The translations under genes and the position numbers were made by a program. Of a stretch of 64,000 nt of DNA, positions 27,706 through 39,811 are shown piece by piece; the stretch's first letter is position 1, and each line of letters opens with the position of its first letter. This stretch comes from Trichoplax adhaerens (lineage: Eukaryota; Animalia; Placozoa), in contig NW_002060944.1 of assembly GCF_000150275.1 (NCBI RefSeq), forward strand, positions 7,392,735-7,456,734, read 5' to 3'. The notes under the pieces were generated by a model. The model was not told where the DNA came from. It worked only from the letters and a program-made list of their open reading frames with translations, and ran no database searches.

Positions 27706-28203
27706 CTATGGTATGCCAGCAGATGCTTCTAGCCTATCGACACGTTGGGATAGCAAAAGCAGTAGATGTTTCATCTTAAATAGATCGGAGCTGATCTTTT
27801 CCATGTTGGTATCACTGGCTGTACTGACTGCAGAGACACTATTATCCGTGACATCGGTCTCTTGCTTGGATATAAACTGGCCTAAATGATAAATTTTCAA
27901 TTTATTGAGTTTGAAAGCATATCTTGATTGAATTGGCGATTTTGACTGAAATGGTGATTGATATTTTCGACCTAAAACAGTGTTGCAATGATAGCAAGCT
28001 AAACGTTGATAGGAGCAACCTTTGCGAGAGCCTCTCTTTAATGTCACTAACTTGGTGCCAACATCGACAGCATCGGTGACTGAATCGAGAGTAATAAATT
28101 CGATGTCGTCGTTAGAATCGACAGCAGATAGAGTATCACCGACAATATTGAAGCAATTATTGCATTGGAGAACTGCTGGATTATCTTTCAATTCTTCCTC
28201 CAT
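27706..28203 (-). CDS. MIS18: Mis18-family centromere protein (Yippee/Mis18 Zn domain plus C-terminal helix), single exon
   Basis: 165-aa ORF with PAVLQCNNCFNIVGDT and GCSYQRLACYHCNTVLGRKY (two CxxC pairs), YHLG, and a C-terminal amphipathic helix (KMKHLLLLLSQRVDRLE). Cannot assign alpha versus beta (OIP5). Confidence 0.85.
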   Translation of the reverse strand: MEEELKDNPAVLQCNNCFNIVGDTLSAVDSNDDIEFITLDSVTDAVDVGTKLVTLKRGSRKGCSYQRLACYHCNTVLGRKYQSPFQSKSPIQSRYAFKLNKLKIYHLGQFISKQETDVTDNSVSAVSTASDTNMEKISSDLFKMKHLLLLLSQRVDRLEASAGIP

Positions 28204-28919
28204 AATGTTAATTGACGATCTTGCACGAACCGGTGTAATATTGATTGCATCAACAAATTTGACAACAGGAAGATTGCACAGTCGAATAGAGACTTTTACA
28301 GACCGATCATTGCTATTGACGCTATCCTACACCAAAAGTAATAGTATTTCCCTACGATAGCGTGATCATTCTTGCTAATAAGGTGTTGATAAAGCTGAAA
28401 TAATCAGCCTTTAACCAATTATTTTCTTGATTTAGAAGTTGAAAGTGCTGCTAGCAGTGGTGGAATAGTCGCAGTCAACTGATTTGGGCACCTTATTGTA
28501 TACTTTAATATCAGTTTTTGACTACTACGGCACTTTGCCGGACGGACAGGATAGACTGAATACGATGCTGTATACTGTACGATACAGTGCATTTTATTAT
28601 ATACTTCTGTAGGCGTAGTCAAAAATGTCCAACGACTAGTAAGTAAAGACTTGATGTCCGCTGATTATTTATTTTTTTCCAGCTATTTATCCACTTGAAT
28701 TTCTTCTACTACTACTGCAAGTGGATTTTCTTTCCTCTAGTAGTCATTAAGTTGTTGTGTAGTCCTGCTGCATGTAAGAATGATCCCTTCGAGGTCTTAC
28801 TTGAGCAATGTAGAAGAATAATTGACACTCAAATTGAGTAGTGTTGGTGCATGAGAAGACTGTTGTTAGCCATGACTGCCTTCACCATGGCAGCGTAGTG
28901 TTACAAGATGGATAACTTA

Positions 28920-29590
28920 CTTTGCAAGTTGCAACGCGTTAGTAGATGGCATTTTTTAATTACGTTTATAGCCCCTTGTACTATAAAGGCATGCAATACA
29001 GCTCCTTTTAGATATTTATAATTTGCTAGAACAATTGCAGCATTCCTATGATGTTGATGGTCTATGTTGCAGAGCTCATCAACGAATATTGCAACGCGCT
29101 AGCACAAGAATTGGCGAGAAACATAGAATTTGAACATTTTTTTATTGCGTTTATAGCCCCCTTCTAGTATTCTGACGTGTAATCGAGCTCATGTTTTTTA
29201 AACATCCATCATTGGCTACAACAATGTTAGTTAGCATTACTACTGTGTTGATGGACCATTTTGCTGCACAGCATAGCTCATGCAGGCGTTAATGCCTGCT
29301 AGCTGTTACAGGAATCCATCATAACACGTAATTTGTGAACTTTTGCGATTGCCTACATGATCCCTTTCTACGATGCAGGTATACAGCACAGTATTGTGGA
29401 GCTCATTGAAGATATTTATCCTTCAGTAGGACACAATTCTAGCATTGATATCATGTTGGGCGTCCATTCGCCTGTGCTAGATCTCTTTCTCGTAGTCCTT
29501 GCGTTGGTCCATGAGCTAGCATTGCAACGCGTTGATAGTAAAGAATTACACTGGAATAAATATGTAGGCATGGAGATAGCTCATTTTTAT
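28920..29590. repeat. Degenerate ~160-240-bp repeat region
   Basis: gcaacgcg at ~28931, 29091 and 29524; tttatagcccc at ~28965 and 29150; gagctcat and tgttgatgg also recur. Confidence 0.55.
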
Positions 29591-30519
29591 ATAATTATTT
29601 ATTATATAATTCATTATAACAATTTAGCCTTTTTTATTGGATTAATGGTCCACTCTTAATGGCTTAAGGCTTGCTCATGCAGCATAACGGATTGGGTTGC
29701 TGATAGCTTCTAGCAGATGTGAAGCCCTGTTTGCTGCAAAAGCACTATCGATAACCCTGGCCCCTAAAGTTTTGGACATGTTCAAAGGTTGTAGATGAAA
29801 GGTTTATTACCTTTAGGCTACAACTGACAGAGGGTAAATGCCAATCCAATAGCTCAGTACTTGAGTATTAAGGAAGAGTAATTAATCTATCAAAAAGAAG
29901 TCCAATGAATAATGTACGAACGGTAAAAGTTCGAAATTTGATGAAGTCATTACCTTCATGTACATCATCATCCTACAAAGTCTACGAAAGCCAATCCAAT
30001 GATAAAAAGTTTGAATGAGTAAAAGTACTGTCCAAAGTAATACTCAAGATAGTCGCTAGCGCCACTAGTAAAATCCTAAATGACAGTACTGGATTATCAA
30101 GATGTCATTTAACTTGGGCTCCATTGGATGGACTACAAGTGTTATTTGTACCACAAAAAAAAACTTTTCGGTATAGGAGCTATCCCGTGGAATTGATGCA
30201 TTTTGTCATGAGGAAGAATGTCGACTTTTATTACAGTAACGCACATTTTATAGACGAAAGTCACATCATGGCAGGTACCATTTCCACTACATAGAATAAT
30301 GCACGTATCAATAAAGGCAATGAATGACTAACATTTAAAAAATAGGGGAAAATGATTTCCATTTTATGGAAGAAAATGATATCATGTCATAGCTCCATTT
30401 TCCATTGCATAAGATGATATCAATAAGGGTAATAATTACTCAGAATTCCAAAATAATTCAGGCATTGGCCAACTTTGACTATGTCTATAGTTCTACGCTG
30501 TAATTTATCGTCAAACTCT

Positions 30520-30900
30520 CATATTGGCCAGTAGCTGAATTCGACAGTACAGTAGCGATGAATTTTATCCATTTTATTGTAACAACCAATGTCCATTCTC
30601 ATATTGCCTAGTGCCTGAATTCGATAGGAGTTCAGTAAAGATATAGTTTAGCTGATAGAAAGCGTTGTTTGAGTCATCAAAATTTGGCAGTTTGGCAACC
30701 ATTCAATGAATTATATCCATTTCATCGTAACAACCAATGTCCGCTCCCATAAGAGCCAGTGCCTGAATTCGATGCTAGTTCAGTAAAGATATAATTGAAC
30801 TGACAGGAAGCGTTGTTTAAGCCATTAAAGTTTGGCAGTCTAGCAGCCATTCCGTGAATATTATCCATTTCATTATGACAACAAATATTCATATTAACCA
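30520..30900. repeat. 148-bp tandem repeat, ~2.5 copies
   Basis: tgaat...atccattt at ~30559, 30707 and 30854; agtgcctgaattcgat...ttcagtaaagatata is duplicated. Confidence 0.85.
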
Positions 30901-31628
30901 GTCATTCAAATTTTTAAAATGAAAGTTACACTCTAGACAGTAGTAACATTTTCCACTGCGTATCTTCTATACTCTGTGAATACAATATCGGCCATCTCAG
31001 AAGTTACTAATCCGCCGAAACAGATGTAATCTCGATCCATTTCTTTCAACTAGTCCTTCTTGCTTCATCATGTTCATTCTAACTACACTGTTGTAGCTGA
31101 AAGATTGTTCTATCCTTCCCTGTTTAACGTTGCATCTTGAATAACTACGTTGCTATCAAAGAGCAGAGGCAGCTTTCCCAAAACATCGTGGCCTTCTGTG
31201 GTTGGTTGGGTCAAATAATGACAGTAATTAATGAACTAATTAATTCATTCAAAAGTCTTTTTTATTTCCGCAAGCTTTTATACCAGCTTATATTGGCTTA
31301 ACACAATTTCCACTGGTATACTAGATGGTGTATTGTACCCGTAGTCTATAGTAGTTCATATACCATCTTCTCCATATTTAACGGCATAACCAGTTAGCAA
31401 TTTTTTGACTCTACTGTACACTGGCTCTCTTCAACTTTCACCATTAATTTTTAATCGTATTGTATGAGATGATCAATTACAACAACTAAACAAAAAGTAT
31501 CCACAACTGTGCAGTATACTACATTGATATCAGAATCGGAAGAGTTTCTCTTTTACCTGCTAATTTTAAATTTGCAACTTTCCATCTTCATTTATCGTCC
31601 ATAATTCAATCCATTCAAAAAGAAAAGC

Positions 31629-33518
31629 ATGAATGCAATCCATTGGACTGCGTTAATCATCTTCATTTCATATCTGACATTTACTACAGCGTTTGGCCAA
31701 CTAGAAGGTAACATGCTACGGATGCTTTCTACTGTCAGAGACCGTCAAAATGTTGTATCTATTATAGCTTTCATACGTACTATATCGGACAACATCGCAG
31801 GCAAACTGATAATCCTGACTAGTCTAGACCATTCCTTCTCCATACAGATCGTTGTTGCTGCATTTCGGAGAGAACGCATTTTTATAGCTGTGCATCGTTT
31901 CCTACAGTTGCTGCATTACTTTCTAGGGGTTCTTGTTTGTCATGAATAAATGCATTAAAGCATCCAACCCTGATCGTTACTGACATCCTATTATGCCTGC
32001 TTTCTACTTCGAATTACTTGGCTTACCATCGTTGTAAATCAATCATCTATAGTAACAGCACACCAAGAAAGTTAACTTGTCTAATCTTCAATATCTATTT
32101 ATCACCTATTAGTAGGGGCTAGTCCATCATCATGATCATTTCATTCTGTACAATAACAAGAAAGTTGAAATATCTTTGCTGTATAAGTAGTATACAACAG
32201 TACAAAGAATGGAACTCAACGACTGTATTATTCTCTTTTCTAGGTACAAAATTATATTGTGATGGATGTAAAGCGACGGTTAAAGGTAAATGAATTTAAA
32301 AGACTAAATCTAAAAATAAGATCCTGTTACTGTAGCATTAATTACTAAAAAGATTTGAACTTGGTTATCGATCGTAGTACTCGTAGATAATTCAGATCAA
32401 ATAAATAAGAAATGGTAATCTTTAAAAGACACCACAGATGCCCATCGAATGTACTTGAATAGTATTCAATTACTTTCTTGGATCCAGTACAGCCTATATA
32501 GTATACGTACTCATAGGAATGCATACTATACATTTATTTGCGATTCTTGCAACATGAAGGCAAATTTGTTTACCATGTTCTTACGAACACGGCTACCACA
32601 TCATTTTAAAATAGGATTACATGCTGTCATACTTGTGTAAGTTATGGTTCTCAATACAAAATAGAGTGGCCCAATTTCATTGTTTCTCGTTGTCTGTAGT
32701 ATTAATGCAGTTAGCTTTTTTCAATGTTGTTATATCGATTCATCGATATTGCATTATTTATTGTTTACTTTTCGTACGATTTAGAAATGATGGCGGTTAT
32801 CCATAAAAGAAAAATGTCCGAACCACTGGATGTGGCTGTGGTAGAAGCCTTCGAAGTATGTTCATCTGTTGACCTATTTAGGAAATACGAGTATCCACCA
32901 CCTGATAACTTAAAAGTCTGTAATCACCTTCTCGGTAAGTGGTTAGCATTTCCATTTATCAAATTTAAAGAGTATTAGCGATAGATGATAAAGGATAGGT
33001 TACGGATGAGGGAACAGAATGAGAACTGACTCTTACAGTAGGACGTTAGGAACAATACCTTACTTTCAAAAATACAGTAATCCTTTAAAATTTTAGTCAT
33101 TCTTCTGCACTTCTTATATTCTTGTTTAGTATCATAAACTCAATGTTCTAGCATAGATTGTAGATTGGATTCTCAAAAATTAGTTTAGATCGTAATCTTG
33201 ATTTTTATTGATAGATACATTATGTACGTACAGTACATGGCTGCTTAAACTTAAAATCCAATAATTAATTTCTATTAATTATTAGTTGGCTAGAAGGATA
33301 GGAAAGAATTAAATAACTAATACATGGATTTTTATTGCTGTCACCTTTATATCCTAGACAAATATGAGGAAGAAATCGAAATGCTATTAATGAAGAAAGT
33401 TGAGGATCCTGAACAAAAGATTTGCTTCGAACTTTCTAAAGCCTGCGGTGGAAATACTACTGGCAAGGACTCAAAATTAACCAGTGAAAAAAACAATGAA
33501 AATAAAGATGAATTATAA
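31629..33518 (+). CDS. Canopy (CNPY)-like saposin-B ER-lumen protein, 143 aa, C-terminal KDEL
   Basis: Exons 31629-31707 (signal peptide MNAIHWTALIIFISYLTFTTAFG), 32244-32285 (LYCDGCKATVK), 32785-32934 and 33358-33518 splice in frame. Six saposin-pattern Cys; LKVCNHLLDKYEEEIE...KICFELSKAC...NKDEL* resembles the CNPY2 C-half. Confidence 0.8.
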
Positions 33519-35126
33519 TTTTCTAGGCCTTAAAACAAATTTTTAAGATATCGATGATTGTACAGCATTACTTTTAGTTTCTTGTCTAATGTTTACGGCC
33601 TGTGTTATAACTTATAAGCATAGTTAATCTCCATTTAATTTAATAATATTATCTTGGTTTAAAGCGTTTCCTTTTTCGATCTATTAAAGATAAAGTTATG
33701 CTTTACTGTAGTGAGATTATGTAGATGCATATGTGCCTGTGTTTATATCTCGATTCTTTTCTGCGTAGACTATTAGCGAAAATATTGCTATAATAGTACC
33801 TTGCTATTAGCAATCTACTTACGAAGAGTATAATGGATCCACTGGTAACAATAGCGACACAAATGCTACAAATTTATCAGATTAGCAAGAGGCTAACGTT
33901 CCTTACCTTAGTCTGATCATTAATCTTCTAAATTTATTTCCTAGGTTATCCTATCTATTTCTACTATCCACTACACTATATGAAGAGTTCTTTCAATACT
34001 ATTTATTATTTAACATCGCATGTATTAATATTGAATAAATACACAACACATAATATTTAAGGTAGTAATTTACAGGATGTCATAAGACAATGTATGTTCT
34101 TAAACAATTTAAAGTTGCTAAATGTCATGTTGCTGTCAATAAGACATTAACTCAGTTGTAGTTAAGAAAGTCTTAACAATACTGTGCAACTGTGAGCTTA
34201 AATCAATGTTAAAGGGCAGCAAAACTGATAAACACTCCTAACATAGCTTCAACTAATTAACGATCTCATTTCACTTACGAATTAATTTCAAGATAAACCA
34301 GATCAATATTACAATGTTAGAAAAGTGCAGATACGGGATTACATGGCTATGCTTTACTAAAATGCGTATAGGAGAAATAGTTGATTCACAATCACAATAG
34401 CTAATGTTGTGGAGAGGGGGTACTAATAGTCACATAAAAATACGTACAAGGGCTTTTTGTTGCGTAAAAAGTATATCAGACTGTAAATAAATAATAAACT
34501 ATAAAGATTAGTGCACTCCCGTAAGTCCAAGGTTTCTACGGTGAGATCGTTATTGAAACTTAAACTTATCCGGCAATGCATTATTAACAATGTCATAAAA
34601 CTTACCTTATTTGTGCTGAACTGTACATGTAACTTATCACATCAGCCTCGAAACACTAATCTAAGCTAATCATCAATTTTACTCCGATCAATATACGTAT
34701 CGTCACTGGACGTTTCGAAATCTATCATCTTTGAAGCGTACTAACAAATAAATAAGAGACGTGCCACTATCAGAAACAAGGCTGGTGCATAATTATCCTA
34801 ACTAAACAACTTTGTACAATTTCAAAATTGATGTTCTTAAAACAACTTCAGTAACTCGGTTAAATCAATTCGAAGTCCAAATAAACAGTATTTTAGATCA
34901 AATTTTATTTTGCATCAGGTATTTACTTTTACAATTTCATCTACACTTAAGAAAATACCATAATAGTAAAATGTTCGTGTACATTATGATTCATTTGAAG
35001 AAGTCAAAAAAAATTTGTCATTTTTACCTTTTATAATATTAATAAAGGAAATTGATATAATAATAATAAAGAAATTAAACAAGACTATCGACCACATTTA
35101 CGGTCAAACATCAAAAAAGAAATTGT

Positions 35127-38100
35127 TTATGCATAATTTTCTTCAATTACTCGAATATCATCGATCTTCAATATCATTCGTACCAGCTGAGTAGCCAAAC
35201 TAATTTGTTTCTTTTTTGCAAGCAATGTTTCTATAACATGTTGCTTTTTCATATCTATAAAAAGATATATAAGTTATGCTGCATTAGATGGCTGTAACGT
35301 TTTTGCAGGATAATCAATTAAAGGAACTAACATACAAGCGGACATGTAGACGTAAAGGGAATAGGTGATAAAGTTACAAGAATAGCTTGTCCGACTTATG
35401 AAGAAAAGAAATGCTTTGTACAGTACTATACACCTAACGTACCGTTGGTGCTGTTTCGCATACAATCGATTCCAAGATAAGGATTTTTCTCAGACACCTG
35501 CCTCGATTTTACTTCAGCAAGATTCATAATCGGATGTAAACCGGAATTTTCAGCTAAAGCCATCGGAATGGCTTCTAAAGCATCGGCGAAACCTCTCATA
35601 GCATACTGTTCTATCGTTGATATCTACAAGTGTGTAACAAAGATAAAGTACAAGTTAAGTCATAATGCACTACCGCAAGAAATCCTTTCTGTAATTTATA
35701 ATTATTATCACTAAAAGACTCTATAGCGCGAGTATATCTAATTGTAGCTCCTTCTTCAATATTACCTTTTCTGCTTCGTTACTAACGGCAATAGCACAAG
35801 ATATTTCTGCAGCACCTCCACCATACACAATGTGACTATCTCGAACCAGGTTACGAATAACACATAAAGCATCGTGGATACTTCTTTTAGCTTCTTCAAT
35901 AATCTAATAAGACATTTAAAAAGGTAGATAAATCTTGATTAGAATAATCAATTTCTTCAGAGAAATGGTTGAAATATTTTCATATACCATTTTATTGCCG
36001 CCTCGAATAAATATTGTCACAGCTTTACTGTTAAGACACTCTTCCACCACTAGCATTTTTTCCTTTGTGGTTCCAAACGATAGTTCCTTGATAACGCCTG
36101 CTTTTCCTAGTTTACTCTCGCTCAATTCGCTAAATCTTGGTACGATACGACCACCTGTAGCAATTGCAATCAGCTAGACAACAAGATTGAAGTCATTCTT
36201 TTAGGATAGCTATTCTTAACGGTATGAAATAGAATAGCGCAGTACGTTAATCAGGTTAGCTATTATCGCTACTATACCTCGATCTCAGGCCCACCAACCC
36301 ATCTGACCGCAGGTAAATTATTTTGTAACAACAAATGATTAGCTTCATCATCAAATCCCCACTGACAAATAGCTACGTTAGCACCGGCTTTTTTGACATC
36401 AGCTATCATTTCTTCAAACTTTTCCATTTCATACTTTCGAAGATCTTTATAATCTTGTACTGAAGTTACATCTAAATGATGTTTTGTTTTCGGTTTTGGA
36501 GGCTCAAAAGGACAGGTTAAGATTGCAATCTTGGCGTCTCTTACAATCTATTAATTATAGTGAATTGATGTGAATATGATGCAAATAGGATCACTTGTAC
36601 GATATACGAGGTTCATAATCATTACAATATTGAAAAGACGCTGGTAGTTATTACAATAGTTTATATTCATATATGACTGCATCAGTGCTGTAATCCGATA
36701 AATATTACAGATAGCAATCGTTTTCAGTCATTTATTGATATTGCATGATGTCTGGCCTCGATGATACGACAAAAGTTATCATAAAGGAATCCTGTTTCAT
36801 GCATCTTTACCCTACTGCTATAACAGTAAACAATTCAATCAACGTATTGACGATTTCCATGCTTACCTTGGGCATTTGTGGATGGCTAAAATCTTTGTCA
36901 ATTACGACGCCTTTCACAAGTCTACTATCGTCTAATTTACCACCAACTTTTCCGTCGACTTTGATCAATTCGAAATTGACATCTTTTGTTTTAAAATCTG
37001 CTACGTTCAGAACGGCATCAACTGCCATTTCAGCAAATTGGCGGAGACAACGATTGACTCTAAATAAAATGATTACAACATTGCCTGTCAGATGCTTTTA
37101 TAAGCGCATAAGATAAAAATTGACCAACTCGATCGCTTGTAAAATCAATGTATTGTAGTTTGAATACTGATATGTATACGAGCAATACAACACTTGACAG
37201 AGCAAGGTATTTGAAAACAAATAATAGGATTCAACTCACATTTTCGATCCTAAAGATGTCATTGCTGTTTCTATTAGACGTTCACGATTATTGGCAGTAA
37301 TGGGAAAGTCGTCACTGATTGCATCTAGATTCTTGAGTGCAATTTCAGATGCTATTTCAAAGCCATCAGCAACACGAATAGGATGAATTCCCTTCTCTAG
37401 TAATATTTCAGCTTGCTCTAACAATGCACCAGCTAAAACTGCAAAATCCGAATACAGAGAAGACAATTTAGGGATAGACTGGATGATACGAGTATTGCTT
37501 AGTTAGTAGTACACGTGTATTTCAATGGATCAAGACAAGACAGCGTTACCATGATGAAATAATCGATATCATCCATACCTACTACACCTGTGGTACCATC
37601 ACCAATCTCTTCATCTTGTGATTTCGATAAATCAACCATTAATTTAGCAATTTGATGCTCTATAGTCATCATGGACAAAATGGTTGCACCATCGTTGGTA
37701 ACCGTTACGTCACCATCAGGACTAACCATGATCTTGTCCATTCCTACAGATATCATACAACAGACCAAGATATTGACATGTTGAGTGATGATGACTTTAG
37801 ATGGCATGTAGAAACAATTATAAATGGATCATTTTTACCTTTAGGGCCTAAAGATGATTTCAACGTGTTGGCTATAGTTCGAGCAGCAAGGATATGTGTC
37901 TAAAAAGGAACGACATAAATTCCATTAGTAATCCATGATGATTGACGCTTGATTGACCTCGTTGTCAAGGTGCAAAACTTGAGGGTACTTGTAGACTTCT
38001 TATTATACAGTAAGAATAAAACGTGAACTATGACATGAATTAAGATGTCAAGATGTTATTCCCTGACTGAAATAAAGCTCATTTTCTACTTGAATAACTC

Positions 38101-38275
38101 TAATCTGAGTTGATTGCTGGTGATTTACTTTGAATGATGGTACAAAAAGACAGTTTACTGCATTTACCTTTTGAGCAGCTAAACCACTCAATCTCTTACG
38201 CCGCTCTTGATCTTTCATAATAATGAAAGGTCGCCCATATTCATCAAATGCCAAGGAAGGCGCTGCCATAGACAT
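35127..38275 (-). CDS. CCT5: T-complex protein 1 subunit epsilon
   Basis: [119 protein letters not shown]; multi-exon. Confidence 0.97.
36667..36804 (-). ncRNA. Intronic box H/ACA snoRNA (SNORA15/ACA15-like guide) in CCT5
   Basis: Minus strand: hairpin 1 UGCAUGA...UCAUGCA with upper stem CCUUUAUGAUA/UAUCAUCGAGG; H box AUAUCA (36736-36741); hairpin 2 AUGACUG...CAGUCAU with upper stem CUGUAAU/AUUACAG; terminal AUA+3 nt; ~137 nt. Pocket strands AACAGGAUU and CCAGACA complement conserved 18S UGUCUGG-UU-AAUUCCGUU, 14 nt from the H box. Confidence 0.85.
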
Positions 38276-38569
38276 GATTGATTAAATAGTGTTAATAATA
38301 TCAATAGTAAAGTAAAATAGAATGTCGGATGGCTACAGATTGCTTCCGATCTAGATGATGACTTCAAATCGGTTGGAGAAACGCTAAGCCCCTGTCGTGA
38401 CGATTCAATCTTGCCTGATACTACAGATTGAGGGCGCATCTACTGTACGCATACAGGACGTCAAGGCGTATGTGTAGACTAGTGTTACCCTGGTCGCGAG
38501 GACTCTGTCAGTCTGTCCACTGTCCTGGCGGAAGAGGGTTTCGTCCAGTACTCTACAATGTACAGTACG

Positions 38570-38962
38570 TGAAGTCGTTGCTACAGTACTCGGTACTGTA
38601 GTCGCCAGCACGGGAAGCACCGTTTTACTTGGTTTTGCAGTCCGACTGTCTAACTTCTACTGTACTGTACTGTACAGTGTACAGTACAGTACTGTACAGT
38701 AGAATAAGATCCGTCCACACGGCGAACTTTTTTCAGGACTACCATAAAGACTTCAGTCAAATCCTGTATTTTTGTCTTCGTCAAGGACACTGGAAGACAA
38801 GGGCTAAACGTGACGCCTAAAAGGTTACTACATTACTGTACAGTACTGTACAGTACAGTACTTGAAGCCCCTGCTACAGTACTCAGTACTGTACTCTCCA
38901 GCCCGGGAAAGCCATCTAGCCGCGCACCGTTTTACCTGGTTTTGCACTCCGACTTGTCTAAA
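38570..38962. repeat. ~300-bp-spaced imperfect direct repeat in the CCT5 promoter
   Basis: gctacagtactc.gtactgta...gcaccgttttac.tggttttgca.tccgact(t)gtctaa at ~38580 and ~38873. Confidence 0.8.
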
Positions 38963-39399
38963 AGGTGTTCCAATGGAGCATGGGCAAAGTCGGGTCAGCG
39001 GCTTACGCCACTATTGCATGAAGTGTATTCATGCAGTATTGCATCAGTAAGAAGCCAGGGACTTTAAAAGAGTTTCCTCTTTCTTTGAAAAGTCCATGCC
39101 CTGGCCCTGACTCGTATCAACTCACTTGTACAGTTATGGAAAATCCGCATGTGCGGGCAGTCAGGCTTTGAAAATAGCGTCCAGTAGCATGCAACTGTGA
39201 GAGTCTGTACTGTACAGACAGTACTGTAGAGTCGGGTACAGTACATTGTACTGTACCATGGACCCTAGTACAGTACTACAGTACAGTACAGTGCAGCACA
39301 GTACAGTACTGTACTGTAATGTCACAGTAGTAAGTACAGTAGACATGTACTGTAGCTCGCTTCTACTGTGTGGACAGTACAGTACAGTAGAGTACCGTA

Positions 39400-39707
39400 T
39401 ACTGAGTAGAGTACAGTAGAGTACTGTACAGTACAGTATAGTACACCGCTTGTCCTTGGCAGCAGCGCTGTGTCTTGATAGAGCGTTCCAAACATTGCTT
39501 CACCTGTCAATGGTTCACTTCCCCACGATCGACACCCATCGTATCATACCAAAGCATCTACTGTGTGCACAGTACAGTGCAGTTCAGTACTATACACTAC
39601 ACTAGTCCTTGGCAGCAGTGCAGTGTCTTGATAGAGCGCTCCAAACATTGCTTCACCTGTCAATGGTTTCACTTCCCCACGATCGACACCCATCGTATCA
39701 TACCAAA
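39400..39707. repeat. ~153-bp direct duplication upstream of RNPS1
   Basis: gtccttggcagcag...tcttgatagagcg.tccaaacattgcttcacctgtcaatgg...catcgtatcataccaaag at 39452 and 39605. Confidence 0.93.
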
Positions 39708-39811
39708 GTGGTCATGCGCAAGAGTAGTGACTACAGCGAGCGACCCTATGGACTGTAACAGCCAACTGCACTGACGAAGGCTCTAACGGGGACGCTCGAC
39801 AGAAAAGAAAA

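Larger units (their letters stand above)
38276..39811. promoter_or_regulatory. Divergent CCT5/RNPS1 promoter region, GC-richer, dense in CAGTA/TACTG repeats
   Basis: Head-to-head ATGs at 38275(-) and 39812(+). Runs such as tactgtactgtactgtacagtgtacagtacagtactgtacagt. Confidence 0.7.

Noticed and set aside
28022-28360. 112-aa plus-strand ORF
   Set aside because: Antisense shadow of Mis18; the same applies to ORFs opposite CCT5, RNPS1 and ALYREF.
38405-39774. Several short ORFs rich in Y/S/T/V/L/C
   Set aside because: Translations of CAGTA/TACTG simple repeats in promoter DNA.
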